From positions 186,498,001 to 186,562,000 of the forward strand of contig NC_086097.1 in the NCBI RefSeq assembly GCF_963921235.1: a DNA stretch of 64,000 nucleotides. Reading direction: 5' to 3'. This stretch comes from Mobula hypostoma (taxonomy: Eukaryota). The notes under the pieces are model-generated. The model was not told the origin of the DNA and searched no databases. It saw nothing but the letters and a program-made list of their open reading frames with translations. Shown piece by piece: positions 59,880-64,000 of this stretch (position 1 is its first letter; each line of letters starts with the position of its first letter). The position numbers and the translations under genes are program-made.

Positions 59880-61920
59880 GATAGGACTGTTGAGTCTTTC
59901 AAAGACAGAGGAGGTGGAGTATGCTTTATGATTAATTCCTAGTGGTGCACAAACATGATGGTTCTGTCAGGATCTGCACTCCTGACCTGGAACAGCTTGC
60001 AGTCAAGTGTTGTCTGTTTTATCAGTCGTGGGAGTTTTCAACCATTATCTTAGTAGTGGTGTACATACTACCATAGTCCCGTGTCGAGCAGGCTCTAGAC
60101 AAACTGAGTGATGGAATTACCAGGCATGAATCAGTACGCCCTGATGCCTTTCCCATCATTTTTGGGGATTTTAAAAAGGCAGGCTTGAAAAAGTCTCTGA
60201 GCCACTATTATACTCCCATCAACAGTGCTTACCGTGCCATTCCACACCAACATTTTGGAAAGTCTGATCACCTGGCCGTACTTCTACTCCCTGAGTATGG
60301 GCAGAGATTGAAGACTACAGCACCAGTAGAGTGCTTAAGGAACAGCTTTGAGTTGGTGGACTGGACAGTAGTCAGGGATTCATCTTCAAGTCTGAATGAG
60401 TACACCACAGTGATCACTGACTACATTAAGACTTGTGTGGATGAGTGTGGCAAAAGCTGTGGATGAACCAGGAAATTATAGTCTGCTAAGTGCTATATCT
60501 GTGGCATTCATGTCTGGTGATCCAGGACTATACAAGTAGGCCAGGTGCGACTTATGAAGGGATATTTGAAGAGCAAAGGAACAAATCCGATCAAGGTTAG
60601 AGGCGGGTTTGGATGCACATCAACTCTGGCAGGGTTTGCAGGCCATTACTTGCTACAAAGCAAAAGCTAATGTAAGACCATAAGATACAGAAGCAGAATT
60701 GGGCCATTGGGCCCAAGGGCCCAGTGACTCTGGTCTGCCATTTCGTCATGTCTGATCCATTTTTCCTCTCAGCTACAATCTCCTGCCTTCCCCCCATGAG
60801 CTCAATGCCTTTTATGCTCACTTTGAAAGGGAGAACAAAACTAAATCTATGAGGTTCCCTGCAGCATTGGTGATCCTGCGATCTCTGTCTCAGAGGCTGA
60901 TATCAGACCTTCTTTCAAGGGGGTGAACCGTCACAAGGTGACAGACCCTGATGTGGTACCTGGTAAGCTCTGTGTTTAGGACAATCATTCCTACAGTTCT
61001 AATCAAAAAGCTCCAAATCCTTGGTCTCTGTACCTCCCTTTACAATCGGATCCTCAACTTCCTCACCAAAAAACCACAGTCTGTGTGGATCATAAGTAAG
61101 ATCTCCACTTCACTGACAACCAATCCTGATACACCTCAAACATGTGTGCTTAGCCCACTGCTCTACTCGCTCTACACCTATCACTGTGTGGCTAGACACA
61201 GCTCAAATAATATCTACAAATTTTCAGATGAGCCAACTATTGTTGGCAGAATTTCAGATGGTGACAAGAAGGTGTGCAGGGGCTAGCTGAGTTGAGCAGC
61301 AACTGTCTTGCATTCAATGACAGTAAGAGCAAAGAACTGATAGAGGGCTTTAGAAAGGCTAAGACGAGAGAACCCACTCCAGTCCACATGGTGGGATCAG
61401 AAATGGAAAGGGTGAGCAATTTCAACTTCCTGGGTGTCAAAACCTCTGAGGATCTATACAGGGCCCAACATATCAATGCAGTTACAAAGAAGGCAGAACA
61501 GTGGCGATATTTTATTCGGAGTTTAAGGAGATTTGTTACATCAACAAAGATACTGGTAAATTTCTACAGATGTACCAGAGACCATTCTAACTGACTGCAT
61601 CACTGTCTGGTAAGGGGGAGGGGGTGGGGGCACATTGCATAGGGCAGAAAGTTGTCAACTCACTCAGCTGCATCGTGAGCTCCAGCCTCTCCAGCATCCA
61701 GCATCCAGGACATCTACATGGAGCAATACCTCAAAAAGGTGGTATCTAGCATTAAGGATCCTCATCACCCAGGATCCGCCTTCATCTCGTTGCTACCATC
61801 AGGGAGGATGTACAGGAGCCTGAAGGCACACTCTCAATAATTCAGGAACAGCTTCTTCCCCTCCACCATCAGATTTCAGAATGGACAATGAATCCATGAA
61901 CACTACTTCACTACTTTTTT
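59880..61920 (+). mobile_element. Decayed Rex1/Babar-like LINE with nested minus CR1 tail (~60673-60795)
   Basis: ORF 60185..60466 HFGKSDHLAVLLLP; ORF 60951..61286 PQTCVLSPLLYSLYT..IYKFSDEPTIVGRI; ORF 61274..61594. Confidence 0.88.
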
Positions 61921-61931
61921 AAAGCTATATA

Positions 61932-62585
61932 TAGTGCTTGTAAAAAATATTCACCCCCCCACCCCCCCCAGAAGTTTTCATGTTCTATTGTTTTACAACA
62001 TTGTATCACAATAGATTTAATTTGGCTTTTTTGACACTGATCAACAGAAAAAGACTCTTGTGACAAAATAAAATCAGATCTCTACAAAGTGATCTCAATT
62101 AATTACAAATATAAAAGAGAAAATACTTAATTGCTTAAGTATTCATCCCTCCTTTAATATGACACACCAAATCATCATTGGTGCAGCCATTTGATTTTAG
62201 AAGTCACATAATTAGTTAAATTGAGATCTGTCTTTGGAGACCTGTGTGCAGTCAAGGTGTTTCAATTGATCATAGTAAAAATATATCTGTATCTGTAAGG
62301 TCTAATTGCTCGCGAGTCAGTATCCTGGCAAAAACTACACTATGAGGACAAAAGAACACTCCAAGGAACTCCATGAAAAGGTTATTGAAAAGGGCAAGTC
62401 AGGAGATGGATACAAGAAAATATCCAAGACACCGAATATCCCTTGGAGTACAGTTAAATCAATCATCAAAAAATGAAAGGATTATGGCACAGATGTAAAT
62501 CTGACTAGAGCGGGCTGTTCTCAAAAACTGAGTGACCATGCAAGGGGTCATGAGGGAGGCCACCAAGAGACCTATGAGAACTCTA
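61932..62585 (+). mobile_element. Tc1 (IR/DR-type) left end and transposase N-terminus, truncated by CR1
   Basis: TA+TAGTG terminus (CAGTG-like); direct repeats AA[A/G]TATTCA[C/T]CCC at 61945 and 62137; ATG 62342 MRTKEHSKELHEKVIEKGKSGDGYKKISKTPNIPWSTVKSIIKK* with premature TGA at 62474. Confidence 0.9.
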
Positions 62586-64000
62586 TCATAAAGTTGTGAT
62601 AGTAGAGGATTTTAATTTTCCACATATTGATTGAGGTTCTCATACTGTTAAAGGTCTAGACGGGTTAGAGTTTGTAAAATGTCTTCAGGAAAGTTTTCTA
62701 AATCTATATATAGAGGTACCAACTAGAGAGGATGCAATATTAGATCTCCTATTAGGAAATGAGTTAGGACAGGTGACGGAAGTGTGTGTAGGAGAACACT
62801 TTGGTTCCAGTGATCACAACACCATTAATTTCAACTTGATCATGGATAAAGATAGATCTGGTCCTTGAGTTGAGGTTCTAAACTGGGAAAAGGCCAAATT
62901 TGAAGAAATGAGAAAGGATCTAAAGAGTGTGGATTGGGACAGGTTGTTCTCTGGCAAGGATGTGATTGGTAAGTGGGAGGCCTTCAAAGGAGAAATTTTG
63001 AGAGCGCAGAAGTTGTATGTTCCTGTCAGGATTAAAGGCAAAGTGAATAAGAATAAGGAACCTTGGTTCTCAAGGGATATTGGACCTCTGATAGAGAAGA
63101 AAACAGAAAAGTATGACATGTATAGGAAACATGAAGCAAATAAGGTGTTTGAGGAACATAAAAAGTGCAAAAAAATACTTAAGAAAGAAATCAGGAGGGC
63201 TAAAGGAAGACATGAGGTTGCTTTGGCAGTCAAGATGAAGGATAATCCAAAGAGCTTCTACAGGTATATTAAGAGCGAAAGGATAGTAAGGGATAAAATA
63301 GGTCCTCTTCAAGATCAGAGTGGTCGGCTATGTATGGCACCAAAAGAAATAGGGGTGATCTTAAACGTTTTTTTTTGCATCTGTATTTACTAAGGAAACT
63401 GGCATGGAGTCAATGGAAATAAGGCAAACAAGTAGTGAGGTCATGGAACCTATACAGATTGAAGAGGAGGAGGTGCTTGCTATCTTGTGGCAAATCAGAG
63501 TAGATAAGTCCCCAGGATCTGACAGGGTACTCCCTCAGACCTTGAAGGAGACTAGTGTTGAAATTGCAGGGGCCCTGGCAGATATATTTAAAATGTTGGT
63601 ATCTACGGGTGAGGTGCCGGAGGATTGGAGGATAGCTCATGTTGTTCCGTTGTTTAAAAAACGCTCTACAAGTAATCCAGAAAATTATAGGCTGATAAGT
63701 TTGTCATCAGTAGTAGTTAAATTATTGGAAGGAGTACTAAGAAATAGGATCTACAAGTATTTGGATAGTCAGGGACTTATTAGTGAGAGTTAACATAGCT
63801 TTGTGCGTGGTAGGTCATGTTTAACAAATCTATTAAGAGTTTTTCGAGGAGGTTACCAGGAAACTGGATGAAGGGAAGGCAGTGGATGTTATCTACATGG
63901 ACTTCAGTAAGGCCTTGACAAGGTCTCGCATGGGAGGTTAGGAAGATTGAGTCGCTAGATATACATGGAGAGGTAGTAAATTAGTTTAGACATTGGCTCA
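62586..64000 (+). mobile_element. CR1 ORF2 (endonuclease end, linker, RT start), runs off window
   Basis: VVIVEDFNFPHID, AILDLLLGNE, GSSDHNTI; ORFs 62908..63393 and 63404..63793; same subfamily as 12847-14484. Confidence 0.93.

Overview
Eukaryotic, AT-rich, transposon-dominated genomic DNA. The repeat families and 3' tails look like a cartilaginous fish, probably a ray; this is an inference from family recognition, not a search result. Most of the window is a nested mosaic of decayed non-LTR retrotransposons (several CR1 subfamilies, Rex1/Babar-like LINEs, Penelope-like elements, one L2/Crack-like fragment), plus V-SINE-like SINEs and two Tc1 remnants. Every ORF in the supplied track that I could identify is a broken transposon fragment or its antisense shadow. 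I recognised no host protein-coding gene, rRNA, tRNA or CRISPR array; only weak exon-like segments exist in the TE-free islands. The main points of interest are three TG...CA solo-LTR-like insertions with target-site duplications (TSDs), a CR1 insertion with twin-priming-like inversion geometry, minimal hammerhead-ribozyme-like motifs in Penelope termini, a ~60-bp-arm hairpin between 12-bp direct repeats, and a two-copy GC-rich non-autonomous element with a Rex1-like tail. I found no convincing novel multi-gene system. Element boundaries are approximate unless a TSD is quoted.
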